In this document: positions 26,801 to 34,258 of the stretch, in pieces
Layout: every line of letters begins with the position of its first letter
Position numbering within the stretch: position 1 is the first letter of the stretch
IMG/VR virus record: IMGVR_UViG_3300033122_000198
Location: 1 to 35,576 of that record
Origin: a virus
Taxonomy: Duplodnaviria > Caudoviricetes
Length of the DNA: 35,576 bases
Direction: 5' to 3' (one strand)
Program-made: the position numbers and the translations under genes
Notes under the pieces: model-generated
What the model was told of the DNA's origin: nothing
Seen by the model: the letters and a program-made list of their open reading frames with translations, nothing else
Databases searched by the model: none

Positions 26801-26988
26801 TAGGCTTTTACGAGCTTATAGCCTTTTTTCTTAGCAGCAGCACGAATTTGGGCAACAGTCATTGCTTTACCTTTAACGGCACCGCCTTTTTTGTAGCCTT
26901 TGGACTTAACCATTCCGCCTTTACGGTATCCTTTGGACTTAACCATTCCGCCCTTTTTCATACCCTTGCTTTTCATACGTCTCATCAT
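26800..26988 (-). CDS. Very basic Lys-rich small protein with KG[MY][KR]KGG repeats
   Basis: Three ~11-aa repeats and no acidic residues; start and stop overlap both neighbours. Confidence 0.8.
   Translation of the reverse strand: MMRRMKSKGMKKGGMVKSKGYRKGGMVKSKGYKKGGAVKGKAMTVAQIRAAAKKKGYKLVKA
26897..26952. repeat. 33-bp-period tandem repeat encoding the KSKGYxKGGMV unit
   Basis: cctttggacttaaccattccgcc at 26897-26919 and 26930-26952. Confidence 0.85.
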
Positions 26989-27269
26989 CGTTTCTTTCTC
27001 CTTCTCAACGATTTTACACGCCTGGGTTTCCCGGCTGGTTGTCCCAGCCGCTTCTTCTGTGCAACTCTACTGCGTTTCTCAGCAGCCGTCATCTCTTTAG
27101 TTGTTTTGGGAGTTTTGGAGGAAACACGTTTTGAAGGGCGACAGTAAGGAGTGCCGCGCTTTTCACCCTTACGACGACCACATTTTTTACCTGTCCTAAC
27201 GTCAACCCAATCTTCTTTGAACCAACGTTTAAGAGCAGCACCCTTTTTTGTTTTTCTGACTTGAGGCAT
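26985..27269 (-). CDS. Basic protein, DUF5872-like C-terminal half
   Basis: LKRWFKEDWVD...CGR...PYCRPSKRVS.KTPKT..E. Confidence 0.75.
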   Translation of the reverse strand: MPQVRKTKKGAALKRWFKEDWVDVRTGKKCGRRKGEKRGTPYCRPSKRVSSKTPKTTKEMTAAEKRSRVAQKKRLGQPAGKPRRVKSLRRRKKR

Positions 27270-27272
27270 TGA

Positions 27273-27392
27273 TCAACGTTCCTTCTTCCCGTATCTCTTG
27301 TACCACAACCAGTTATTGAAACGTGCTAAACGCACGGCAACGAAAGTCATTGCCCAACTGTTCCAAAACCAGTGTGTGTATCTTCCAGCCAT
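27273..27392 (-). CDS. 39-aa Trp-rich basic peptide (MAGRYTHWFWNSWAMTFVAVRLARFNNWLWYKRYGKKER)
   Basis: Manual translation, absent from the ORF track. TGATG coupling upstream; stops 3 bp before the next ATG. Confidence 0.65.
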   Translation of the reverse strand: MAGRYTHWFWNSWAMTFVAVRLARFNNWLWYKRYGKKER

Positions 27393-27601
27393 CAGTATAT
27401 CTTTGTTGTCCGATATTTGTACTTTTGCCCGTTGGCAAATTTCTTGGTAACTAGACCACCTTTGGCTTTTTTCTGTGCCTTGTTACCCCAATTCGCTGCA
27501 CCAACTTTTCGGCACTTTGCAATCGCCCCGCTCGCATACGCGCTCGGGAAAACTTTGTACCGCGCCTTAACCTTATGATAACAAGCATCTTTTTTAGACA
27601 T
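27392..27601 (-). CDS. Basic protein, DUF5872-like N-terminal half
   Basis: KDACY.KVK.RYKVFPSAYASGAI.KCRK; TAATG coupling. Confidence 0.75.
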   Translation of the reverse strand: MSKKDACYHKVKARYKVFPSAYASGAIAKCRKVGAANWGNKAQKKAKGGLVTKKFANGQKYKYRTTKIY

Positions 27602-27756
27602 TACCGTTTCCTCTTTTTTCTAGTAGCGCAGTGTGCCCGCTCCGAAAAACCACGGGGCTTCTTGCAATTGATCTTGCGTTTGCGGGCCGTAGACCATTTT
27701 CGTTTCCCCGGAGCTTTCTTGATCTGCTGGGGCATCTGACCTCTGGATATTGCCAT
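27601..27756 (-). CDS. 51-aa basic protein (MAISRGQMPQQIKKAPGKRKWSTARKRKINCKKPRGFSERAHCATRKKRKR)
   Basis: Manual translation, absent from the ORF track. GAGG SD; TAA overlaps the next ATG; KWS...I.C..P.GFS.RAHC motif. Confidence 0.8.
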   Translation of the reverse strand: MAISRGQMPQQIKKAPGKRKWSTARKRKINCKKPRGFSERAHCATRKKRKR

Positions 27757-27940
27757 TTTGAACCTCGGAAATAAAATTCTCCCACATAGGAGTAATCATC
27801 GTGTGGTTTGCTTCTACTTTAACAGCAATCTCCGCGGTTTTCTTGTCCACTTCAATCAATGTTAAAGTCATCCAGCCAAGAACAGCTAGACCCACGGTCA
27901 CACAAACGTTCACAAGATACTTTTCCACTAGCACTTCCAC
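27620..27940 (-). CDS. Single-pass membrane protein with short coiled coil
   Basis: Hydrophobic N-terminal helix followed by EVDKKTAEIAVKVE. Start is GTG 27940 or 27928; the 3' part overlaps the 27756 gene. Confidence 0.6.
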   Translation of the reverse strand: MEVLVEKYLVNVCVTVGLAVLGWMTLTLIEVDKKTAEIAVKVEANHTMITPMWENFISEVQNGNIQRSDAPADQESSGETKMVYGPQTQDQLQEAPWFFGAGTLRY

Positions 27941-28212
27941 CGTCTTCTAGCCTGTCTCAATCTGCTGTTAGGATTCTTTGCGGCCTTGGGAAATTTTTTC
28001 ATTTGACCAGCAGAGCGAGCACAGAATGATTTTCTACGCTTCGCGGCCGCACTGCCTTTTTTAACTTTACCTGTAACAGCGGTTTTTAATTTGCTACCAG
28101 GGTTCATACGACGATATGCCGCCACGCCTTTCTTCGTCATTCCCGCCCCACTTTTAGTGGGACGGAAATTACGCTTATTGCGTTTCGGCATTTTTGTCGC
28201 CGTTCTCGCCAT
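27928..28212 (-). CDS. Basic protein, DUF6321-like
   Basis: GAGMT.KGV.AYRR.NPGSKLKTAVT...AKRRKSFCARS.G...SR...A.RRW.C. AGAGG SD. Confidence 0.8.
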   Translation of the reverse strand: MARTATKMPKRNKRNFRPTKSGAGMTKKGVAAYRRMNPGSKLKTAVTGKVKKGSAAAKRRKSFCARSAGQMKKFPKAAKNPNSRLRQARRRWKC

Positions 28213-28220
28213 AACAGCCT

Positions 28221-28502
28221 CTAGACAGTAAAGAATACGACAGACGTAATATCGTCTACCGTATGCACATTAATGTCTGTATCAAACAAGATCCCCTGTG
28301 CAGGAACAGAAATGGTGTCTGTCTCTGCCGCTTGAAGATCAACGTGCAGTTTTGTTGCACCAGAGTCTGTACCATCTGTCAGCTTCAACTCAGGTGTGCC
28401 TGAACCAGCAGTGGTAACGAGAACTTGCAGCAGACGACAACGTCCAATGGACGCTGCGCCTGTTGCTGTAACGCGAGTGGTTTTTACATCAGAACCAGCC
28501 AT
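28221..28502 (-). CDS. Small beta-rich virion protein (putative head appendage)
   Basis: AGGAG SD; ...P..GI.F...I pattern; lies downstream of the capsid gene. Confidence 0.7.
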   Translation of the reverse strand: MAGSDVKTTRVTATGAASIGRCRLLQVLVTTAGSGTPELKLTDGTDSGATKLHVDLQAAETDTISVPAQGILFDTDINVHTVDDITSVVFFTV

Positions 28503-28516
28503 TACAGTCTCCTATC

Positions 28517-28987
28517 TTACGAGTCAGCGAAAGGAGTAGCTACAGTTCCTGAACCAATCAGAATACCTTGAACTAAATACTCAGCCGTAGCTAGTGCAGT
28601 AACTTCAACATATGAATTTGCATCGCCACCAGTGGTGCTGCCGTTCATTGAAATTACATCGTTAGTTGCGGCGGGTATGAAAAACTTCACTGTACCGTTA
28701 GTAACAGCCACTGCTACAGAACCAACGAACTTATCTGTGCCATCTGTTTTGATGTCAAGATCAGTCGCATCTGTACCAACGAAGAAACGGTATGTTGCAC
28801 CGATCTCTGCTGTTTTGATACTAGGCAGTGTAACTGCACCATCTGCATCATTGATTTCGATGATACGACCCGCGTGTGTGTCAAATGTAAGAGTAGTTTC
28901 GGCCGTGAGGTTAATCACAGAACCGGAGCCAGCTTGAATGATTCCGTTGTTAGAAATCACTGGACCTGAAAAAGTTGTTTTACCCAT
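28517..28987 (-). CDS. Putative capsid fibre/decoration protein
   Basis: M..TTFSGPV.S.NG N-terminus, TLP...G..Y.F module and GT.ATPF C-terminus; AGGAG SD. Confidence 0.7.
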   Translation of the reverse strand: MGKTTFSGPVISNNGIIQAGSGSVINLTAETTLTFDTHAGRIIEINDADGAVTLPSIKTAEIGATYRFFVGTDATDLDIKTDGTDKFVGSVAVAVTNGTVKFFIPAATNDVISMNGSTTGGDANSYVEVTALATAEYLVQGILIGSGTVATPFADS

Positions 28988-28992
28988 GTCAA

Positions 28993-29038
28993 TCTCCTGT
29001 CAGGGCTACGTCGATCACCCCATGTGATCGTCAGGAAT
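28993..29038 (-). ncRNA. Structured leader element downstream of the capsid gene (candidate Mu-gpT-DE-like motif)
   Basis: Minus strand: TCCTG-A-CGATCAC-ATGGG-GTGATCG-ACGTAGCCCTGA-CAGGAG. Inner 7-bp stem plus an outer TCCTG/CAGGA stem that covers the SD. Confidence 0.55.
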
Positions 29039-29063
29039 AAATCATCCTATCTGAATTTAGCAC

Positions 29064-29096
29064 AAAAAGAAAGGGCGAGATCTCTCCCGCCCTTTC
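29064..29096 (-). terminator. Rho-independent terminator after the major capsid gene
   Basis: GAAAGGGCG...CGCCCTTTC 9-bp stem followed by TTTTT on the minus strand. Confidence 0.85.
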
Positions 29097-29119
29097 CAAG
29101 ATTATGCTCAACGAGTTAC

Positions 29120-30028
29120 TTACGCACCCGGTGAACCGAAGACACAACGTGGGTCACTGAAGCCGAAGCTGTAACGCTCACGGGCTTTGTAACGCATGTT
29201 ACCTGTGTCAAAATCTGGCTCCATCGCAGTGGTCAGAGACAGACGCTCGAAGTGTTTGAAACCGTTCGGAGCATCGGTTTTGATGAAGAACGCATCAGTA
29301 TCGGTCAGGTAGTCGTTGACTACATAACCTTCGGGCAACAGACCCATGCTACGGATAGCGTTTACATCGTTGTCGGCAGTACCAACGCGGAGGTTAGAAA
29401 CCATCAAACGTTCAGCAACAAACTGTAGCTGACGCGGAATGATCAGTTTCGAGCCTTTCAGCGCGATGATGAGGCCACGCTCGTCAACAAAACCAGCAAT
29501 GCTGATCAGGGCATCTTCAAGAGATGTCTCGTTCAGATCAGCGGCAGTGCTGGGCTCGTTTGCAAACGTGCTGCCATTGGTTAGTGGGTGATCAGTTGCA
29601 CAAAGCTCTTTGCCGTCACCGCCTTTGAAAGACGAGTTGAAAGCATTGTTGAGAATTGAGGCAGCTTTCACCTGTTTGGTATGTGCCATAGCACGAGCCA
29701 AACCACGGGTGTAGCGCGAAGAAAGACGATCATACAGATTGTCTTCCACAGCTTCTTCCGTAATGGAGAAGCCGAGAGCTACTGTCTCGTGGTTGTAGCG
29801 CGAAGTGTAAGCTTCTTGTGCGTCGTCAAACGCCAAAGCTGAACCTTCCTGTTTGGTAGGTGCAGCACCGAAGCCTGACAGCATAACTTCTTCTTCGAAG
29901 GCACGGTCAGATGTTTCCGTGTCGAAGATTTCAGAATGCTGGCCTTCATACCGATTATATTCCATCCCGAACAAGGCGTTGAGGCCGGGCTCGAGTTCTT
30001 TAGCAAGTTGTGATCTAGAAATCGCCAT
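29120..30028 (-). CDS. Major capsid protein (Mu gpT-like, HK97 fold)
   Basis: MAISRSQLAKELEPGLNALFG.EY, S.RAFEEEV, GGDG..L....HP, DFDTGN.RYKARERYSFG.SD.R. AGGAG SD and a downstream terminator. Confidence 0.92.
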   Translation of the reverse strand: MAISRSQLAKELEPGLNALFGMEYNRYEGQHSEIFDTETSDRAFEEEVMLSGFGAAPTKQEGSALAFDDAQEAYTSRYNHETVALGFSITEEAVEDNLYDRLSSRYTRGLARAMAHTKQVKAASILNNAFNSSFKGGDGKELCATDHPLTNGSTFANEPSTAADLNETSLEDALISIAGFVDERGLIIALKGSKLIIPRQLQFVAERLMVSNLRVGTADNDVNAIRSMGLLPEGYVVNDYLTDTDAFFIKTDAPNGFKHFERLSLTTAMEPDFDTGNMRYKARERYSFGFSDPRCVFGSPGA

Positions 30029-30039
30029 GACCTAGCTCC

Positions 30040-30675
30040 TTATACGCCTGTGGTTGATACAGTACCACCAGCAATCGCACCATTCGGTGAATTGAAGTGG
30101 TTGTTCAACCGGACTACTACGCCAATCCCGCTTGCGCCAAAGTCGGCGTTCGCAGGATCATCAACGATCCCCATAATCCGAAGATTAAGGTTAGCTGTTG
30201 TGTTGATTGTGCTAACTCCCAACGTTGCCGAGGACATGCCAGTAGTAGTGCTACCGCCTGTACCAGAAGCAAAGTTGGCGTTCGCAAACACATGAGTACG
30301 AGCAGTAGCTTCATCTGTAAGCGATGCGTCAGACGCAATTACAAACAACTGTGAGGGATCATCATAAACGAAGGCTTTGACAGGAAAGTTACTGTCTGCA
30401 CCCGACCCAGGGTAAAAATTTGAGAACACTGTCTCACCAGTGGTAGAGGACACATATTCACAACCATAAAATGCACCAACCAGACCTACAGTACCTCCAG
30501 CGGCAGCACCGACAATGTCGATAACACCCGCTGCAAGAGGGATAACCGGAGAACCTTGATAGATAGCATTAGAGTTGGAAGCGGCAATGCGATACTCAGT
30601 AGCACCAGTTGAGTTTACGTTCTGACCCATTTTTCCATAGGGACGTAAGCCAAATGCACCATTGATATTAGCCAT
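30040..30675 (-). CDS. Capsid decoration/stabilising protein
   Basis: MAN...AFGLRP...IY.G.PV...G.F.GCEY...V.DDP...F; immediately upstream of the capsid gene. Confidence 0.7.
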   Translation of the reverse strand: MANINGAFGLRPYGKMGQNVNSTGATEYRIAASNSNAIYQGSPVIPLAAGVIDIVGAAAGGTVGLVGAFYGCEYVSSTTGETVFSNFYPGSGADSNFPVKAFVYDDPSQLFVIASDASLTDEATARTHVFANANFASGTGGSTTTGMSSATLGVSTINTTANLNLRIMGIVDDPANADFGASGIGVVVRLNNHFNSPNGAIAGGTVSTTGV

Positions 30676-30700
30676 TTTACTAACTCCAAATTATCGGAGG

Positions 30701-31159
30701 CTACTTCTTTTCGCCCCCGAAGGTTACACGAGATTGCCTATCGCTTGTGATAGGCATTGAGGGATGTTGTTCCCTCATCAAGTTTTCATCCACGGCTTTC
30801 ATTTGATTGCGGGTCTGGTCCCGAAAATACTCAGTTCTTTCATCAACCGTTTCGACAGGCATACGGCAAAGTATTAGTCCACCGTTTCCTATCACACCCT
30901 GGTATTTACCGTCTTCTACGGTTGGAGCTTCGAAATCAGGATACTCGTCAGCCCGGACAGGTTCCCAACCTTCGCGCAATCTTGCGTGTAGATTGGTTTT
31001 ATCGTCCTCGCCTCGAATGGCGGTCCGAACCCAGCGGTGTACAAAACCTTCGGGTGCGGGTGGAGCTTCTAGCATACTGGGCGGAGCCCAAGGTTTCCGT
31101 CGCGCAGTTTTTTCGCGTGTTTGCGTCTCACGAGGTGTACGTTTTTTAGACTCAGTCAT
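30701..31159 (-). CDS. Conserved head-module protein
   Basis: W.PPS.L.AP.AP.GF.HRW.R...REGWE.VRADEY...GGL.L.R.P. Confidence 0.75.
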   Translation of the reverse strand: MTESKKRTPRETQTREKTARRKPWAPPSMLEAPPAPEGFVHRWVRTAIRGEDDKTNLHARLREGWEPVRADEYPDFEAPTVEDGKYQGVIGNGGLILCRMPVETVDERTEYFRDQTRNQMKAVDENLMREQHPSMPITSDRQSRVTFGGEKK

Positions 31160-31162
31160 ATC

Positions 31163-32104
31163 TTACTCCTTCACATACTTTGCGTACTCTTCGAGCGGAA
31201 CGCCAAGTTTCTTAGCGATAGCTACCTGTGAATCGGTAAGCTTGACTGTTCTGCGCCCCTTTTTTGTTGAACGGGAAGAGGATGAATCAGCAGAGGCGAC
31301 TCTGGTTTGTGTCCGCTTTTTCGGTGCTTCAAACTTGTTAGGGAAATCCGCACGAATCCGTTTATCCAATTCACTATAGTAGTCATCTGAAGTTGGGTCA
31401 AACCCTTCTTCTTCAACGAGCCTCCTATGTATACCAAATGCTGCATACGTCATTGACTCATCTTCACCGAACCAAGTGTTCTTTTCGGCCCAATCTTGAG
31501 CCTTTGGATCCGGTTGTCGAGGCGCAGCCGCTTGTTGTGGAGCCGCTTGTTCTGTCTGAACAGGCTGCTCATTAGTCTCTGCGCTGTTGCGCTCTACTTC
31601 AACCTTGGCTTCTTCGTACTTAGCCTGTTCTAAAGACAGTCTGCTTATACGTTGCTGTGCTTCGAAAAGTGCATCTGGATCACCTTCATCGTGAGCTAAT
31701 TTATACGCAGCTTTTGCTGCCTCCATCTCACGTTCTACACGAGTGCCAAACTCACCAACATAGTCACCCTCACGCTCTTTAAGCTTGGCTTCTAGTTCAG
31801 CATTCCGTTTCTGCACATTCTCAGCGTATTCAAGTGCTGCCTGACGTTGTCGCTCTTCTTCACGGTATTTAGCCGTAAGCTTACGGATACGTCGTTGAAC
31901 GCCCTCTGAATAATTTTCTAGTTCTTCTTCGTTAGAACTCGCCTCTTGAGTTTGAGGTTCTTCTTCCTGCGCGGGCTCTTCATCGTCAGGTTCTTGCAAG
32001 GCTACTTTGGGCTCTTCCTTCGCTTCTTCTTGCTCCGGCTGCTCAGATTCCTGCTCTTCATCTTCTAGTTCGATGATGGTTTCTTCTGTTTCGTCACTTT
32101 GCAT
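31163..32104 (-). CDS. Capsid scaffolding protein
   Basis: Acidic N-terminus, long coiled coil, PDPKA..WA..N.WFG, and C-terminal V.LT.SQV.IAKKLGVPLEEYAKY. Confidence 0.8.
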   Translation of the reverse strand: MQSDETEETIIELEDEEQESEQPEQEEAKEEPKVALQEPDDEEPAQEEEPQTQEASSNEEELENYSEGVQRRIRKLTAKYREEERQRQAALEYAENVQKRNAELEAKLKEREGDYVGEFGTRVEREMEAAKAAYKLAHDEGDPDALFEAQQRISRLSLEQAKYEEAKVEVERNSAETNEQPVQTEQAAPQQAAAPRQPDPKAQDWAEKNTWFGEDESMTYAAFGIHRRLVEEEGFDPTSDDYYSELDKRIRADFPNKFEAPKKRTQTRVASADSSSSRSTKKGRRTVKLTDSQVAIAKKLGVPLEEYAKYVKE

Positions 32105-32119
32105 GGCTTTCTCCCATGG

Positions 32120-32539
32120 TTAAAAAATAATGTCTTCGGGATCCAAGATAGTGGCAATGACTTCGTCATCATTAATGATACGAACCTCTCCCCCGTCTAA
32201 CTTGAACCTAGACCCGGCGTACCTACCGATACAGACCCAGTCTCCTTCTTTGCACCATGGCTCACAATCTTCCCCAAACTTGTCAGGGTCTTTGTAAGCG
32301 AGTGGGCCAACTTTGATAACGTATGCAACAACCGTAGCGACAGACTCCCTGTCCCGAGTTTCATCAGGGACATAAACACCGCCAACTGTCTTTTCGCGTC
32401 CCTTGTAAGGCATCACAAGAACACGCCAACCAGTGGGGTTCGGGACTCTTTCTTTTGCGGATTTGTCTTCTGCTTTTTTCTTAGCTTCTTTTTGTGCGAC
32501 TATATAGTCAGGAACGATCAACCTCTGTGTCATCGTCAA
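32120..32539 (-). CDS. groES: Co-chaperonin GroES (Cpn10)
   Basis: PTGWRVLV...KT.GG.Y.PD...V.KVGP...K.GD.V...RYAG...G.E.RIINDDEVIA. Confidence 0.88.
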   Translation of the reverse strand: MTMTQRLIVPDYIVAQKEAKKKAEDKSAKERVPNPTGWRVLVMPYKGREKTVGGVYVPDETRDRESVATVVAYVIKVGPLAYKDPDKFGEDCEPWCKEGDWVCIGRYAGSRFKLDGGEVRIINDDEVIATILDPEDIIF

Positions 32540-32717
32540 ACCTCTTTAGCAAGGACTGTAACTCCTCCACGGCAAACGAAAGTCCCTGTATTTCGCCAAC
32601 CACAGCACGGTATTGTTCCATGTCTTTTACGTTGCCACTTGTGATAGCAACAGACAAATCCTCGACCCGTGACTCGAGAGATTTTTTAAACTTGGTGATG
32701 AACTCAGGAAGTGTCAA
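32508..32717 (-). CDS. Small conserved head-module protein
   Basis: G...D.E.Y...VG.I.GL helical hairpin pattern; start codon uncertain. Confidence 0.7.
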   Translation of the reverse strand: MTLPEFITKFKKSLESRVEDLSVAITSGNVKDMEQYRAVVGEIQGLSFAVEELQSLLKRFDDDTEVDRS

Positions 32718-33190
32718 GAAACGCCTTTAAATCCTACACCAGATATGGCAATGCCTGTGCCACGCACTTTACCACGATGTGGGCACTTGCTGCCTTTAGC
32801 AATCGCTTCACCACCGCCCGCGTAGCCCATGGCAATAACAGCGTCTTTACCTTTTTTGGTTTTTGCTAATTTCTTCAATCCTTCGTTTGGCAATTCAGCT
32901 ATGGGAGTTTTGAGAGCTTCACCACCTCCTGAAAAACCCATGCGGGTAGGCATTCCACCAGTAGCGGCCGTACCACCACGCTTAACAGGACTCATAACCG
33001 CAGGGCGTGGTCTTGCCGTACTCATGCCGGGACGAGGCCGTGGTCTTGCCATATTCATTCCAGGACCAGGGCGTACACCAGGACGCGGTCCTCCCTTGTT
33101 CATGCCGGGACGAGGCCGTCGAGTGCGGTTTGTCATATTACCTAGTACGCGGTTAGCAAGTCGTTGCCTAGCTGTTTCTCGAAAAGACAT
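32714..33190 (-). CDS. Basic Arg/Pro/Gly-rich protein with xxGG motifs
   Basis: AGGAG SD; RPRPGM repeats; C-terminal RG.G.A..G..F.G motif. Confidence 0.75.
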   Translation of the reverse strand: MSFRETARQRLANRVLGNMTNRTRRPRPGMNKGGPRPGVRPGPGMNMARPRPRPGMSTARPRPAVMSPVKRGGTAATGGMPTRMGFSGGGEALKTPIAELPNEGLKKLAKTKKGKDAVIAMGYAGGGEAIAKGSKCPHRGKVRGTGIAISGVGFKGVS

Positions 33191-33245
33191 CTGAATGCTC
33201 CTATAAAGTTGTTACGTTACATTAACGTGTTTTGTTTCAGAAAGT

Positions 33246-33380
33246 CTAGCACACTCCGGCACAAAAACTGTACCAAAGCTCCGCTTCCGAAACAAAATTA
33301 CGCATCAAAAGCGGCCCAGAAATCAAAGAAAGCAAAAGAAACATGCCAACTGTCAGAAACATTGTAAAAACTACGTTCAT
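33246..33380 (-). CDS. 44-aa membrane protein
   Basis: ATGA coupling to the holin; MNVVFTMFLTVGMFLLLSLISG hydrophobic helix. Confidence 0.55.
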   Translation of the reverse strand: MNVVFTMFLTVGMFLLLSLISGPLLMRNFVSEAELWYSFCAGVC

Positions 33381-33838
33381 GATCTTCCCCGTGCTTTGTC
33401 TATCGCCCGTGAACCAAACCAGAAGCTGATAATCGCAGCAAAAATTGCTTTGGTATCCTCGTCCCACAGCACGTTTAGTGACTCCGCCACACTCATTCCA
33501 CTGTTCAGTGCTTCGCGCAGCAACGTAATCTCAATCGCCAAAAACAGGCCAAAGAAACAGTAAGTGATCACCGGACGAACAGAACGCTGCAAAGCAGAAA
33601 TAATCCCAGTACCACTGTTGATACTCATGTCATGCTGGATCAGTCGGTCATGCTCTTTGTCAGAAGCCTGTGCTTCAAACGCTTTTAACTCATGGTCGAA
33701 CCCTGCCTTACGCAGTTCTGCCATGGTTTTCATCTTCTCAAGCTCAAACTTCTGATTGTTCTTTTGCTTGAAATGATCTGCAAGTGCCGGAGCCGTACTG
33801 CTGGCAAAGCCTATCAAAGAACCAATTACACTAAGCAT
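33377..33838 (-). CDS. Holin-like protein (GTA 3TM type)
   Basis: SVRPVITY...II.FWFGSR signature with transmembrane helices; GGAGG SD region. Confidence 0.75.
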   Translation of the reverse strand: MLSVIGSLIGFASSTAPALADHFKQKNNQKFELEKMKTMAELRKAGFDHELKAFEAQASDKEHDRLIQHDMSINSGTGIISALQRSVRPVITYCFFGLFLAIEITLLREALNSGMSVAESLNVLWDEDTKAIFAAIISFWFGSRAIDKARGRS

Positions 33839-33953
33839 TTCTGTTCCCCCTCCACTCCTTCTTTAATCTTCGTAATCTCTTTTGCAGTAAGTTGTACTGC
33901 CGATATTTGTTCAACGGACCTTTGTAACTGTAAATTACTTTCGGCTCATCCAC
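33831..33953 (-). CDS. Putative 40-aa basic peptide (MDEPKVIYSYKGPLNKYRQYNLLQKRLRRLKKEWRGNRNA)
   Basis: Manual translation from a GTG; bridges the gap and overlaps both neighbours. Confidence 0.45.
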   Translation of the reverse strand: MDEPKVIYSYKGPLNKYRQYNLLQKRLRRLKKEWRGNRNA

Positions 33954-34258
33954 GCTGATACACCCATGTATGCACCCACAACGCCAGCCTGTGCAATATA
34001 AAAAAGACCGAGGAGGTCAGCGAGAGCATCAACACGACTGGTAGAAACCACAGGTAGAAAAAGGACTGTTGTAAAAACGAGCATACTTCCCATAGCCACC
34101 CATGCCATGTGTTGCTGTGCATCTGCCTTTTCCTCCCGTAACTCGAGCTCAACCATTTCTTTTTCACGAGCGATTTCTTCGTCGGTGACAATCCCGTCGC
34201 CGTCCAGATCGTGAGCTTCGTATCTACTGCCCTTTTCGAGCTTTTTGTTCGGTGCCAT
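33935..34258 (-). CDS. Two-TM membrane protein with N-terminal EF-hand-like loop
   Basis: DLDGDGIVTDEE followed by two hydrophobic helices; AAGGAG SD. Confidence 0.8.
   Translation of the reverse strand: MAPNKKLEKGSRYEAHDLDGDGIVTDEEIAREKEMVELELREEKADAQQHMAWVAMGSMLVFTTVLFLPVVSTSRVDALADLLGLFYIAQAGVVGAYMGVSAWMSRK

Noticed and set aside
26897-26952. Short direct repeats as a possible CRISPR mini-array (also near 33007-33120)
   Set aside because: Only two copies, in-frame periodicity, fully explained by protein repeats.
27594-27785. 63-aa minus-strand ORF from the track
   Set aside because: The 27601-27756 frame has an SD, stop-start coupling and a recognisable motif.
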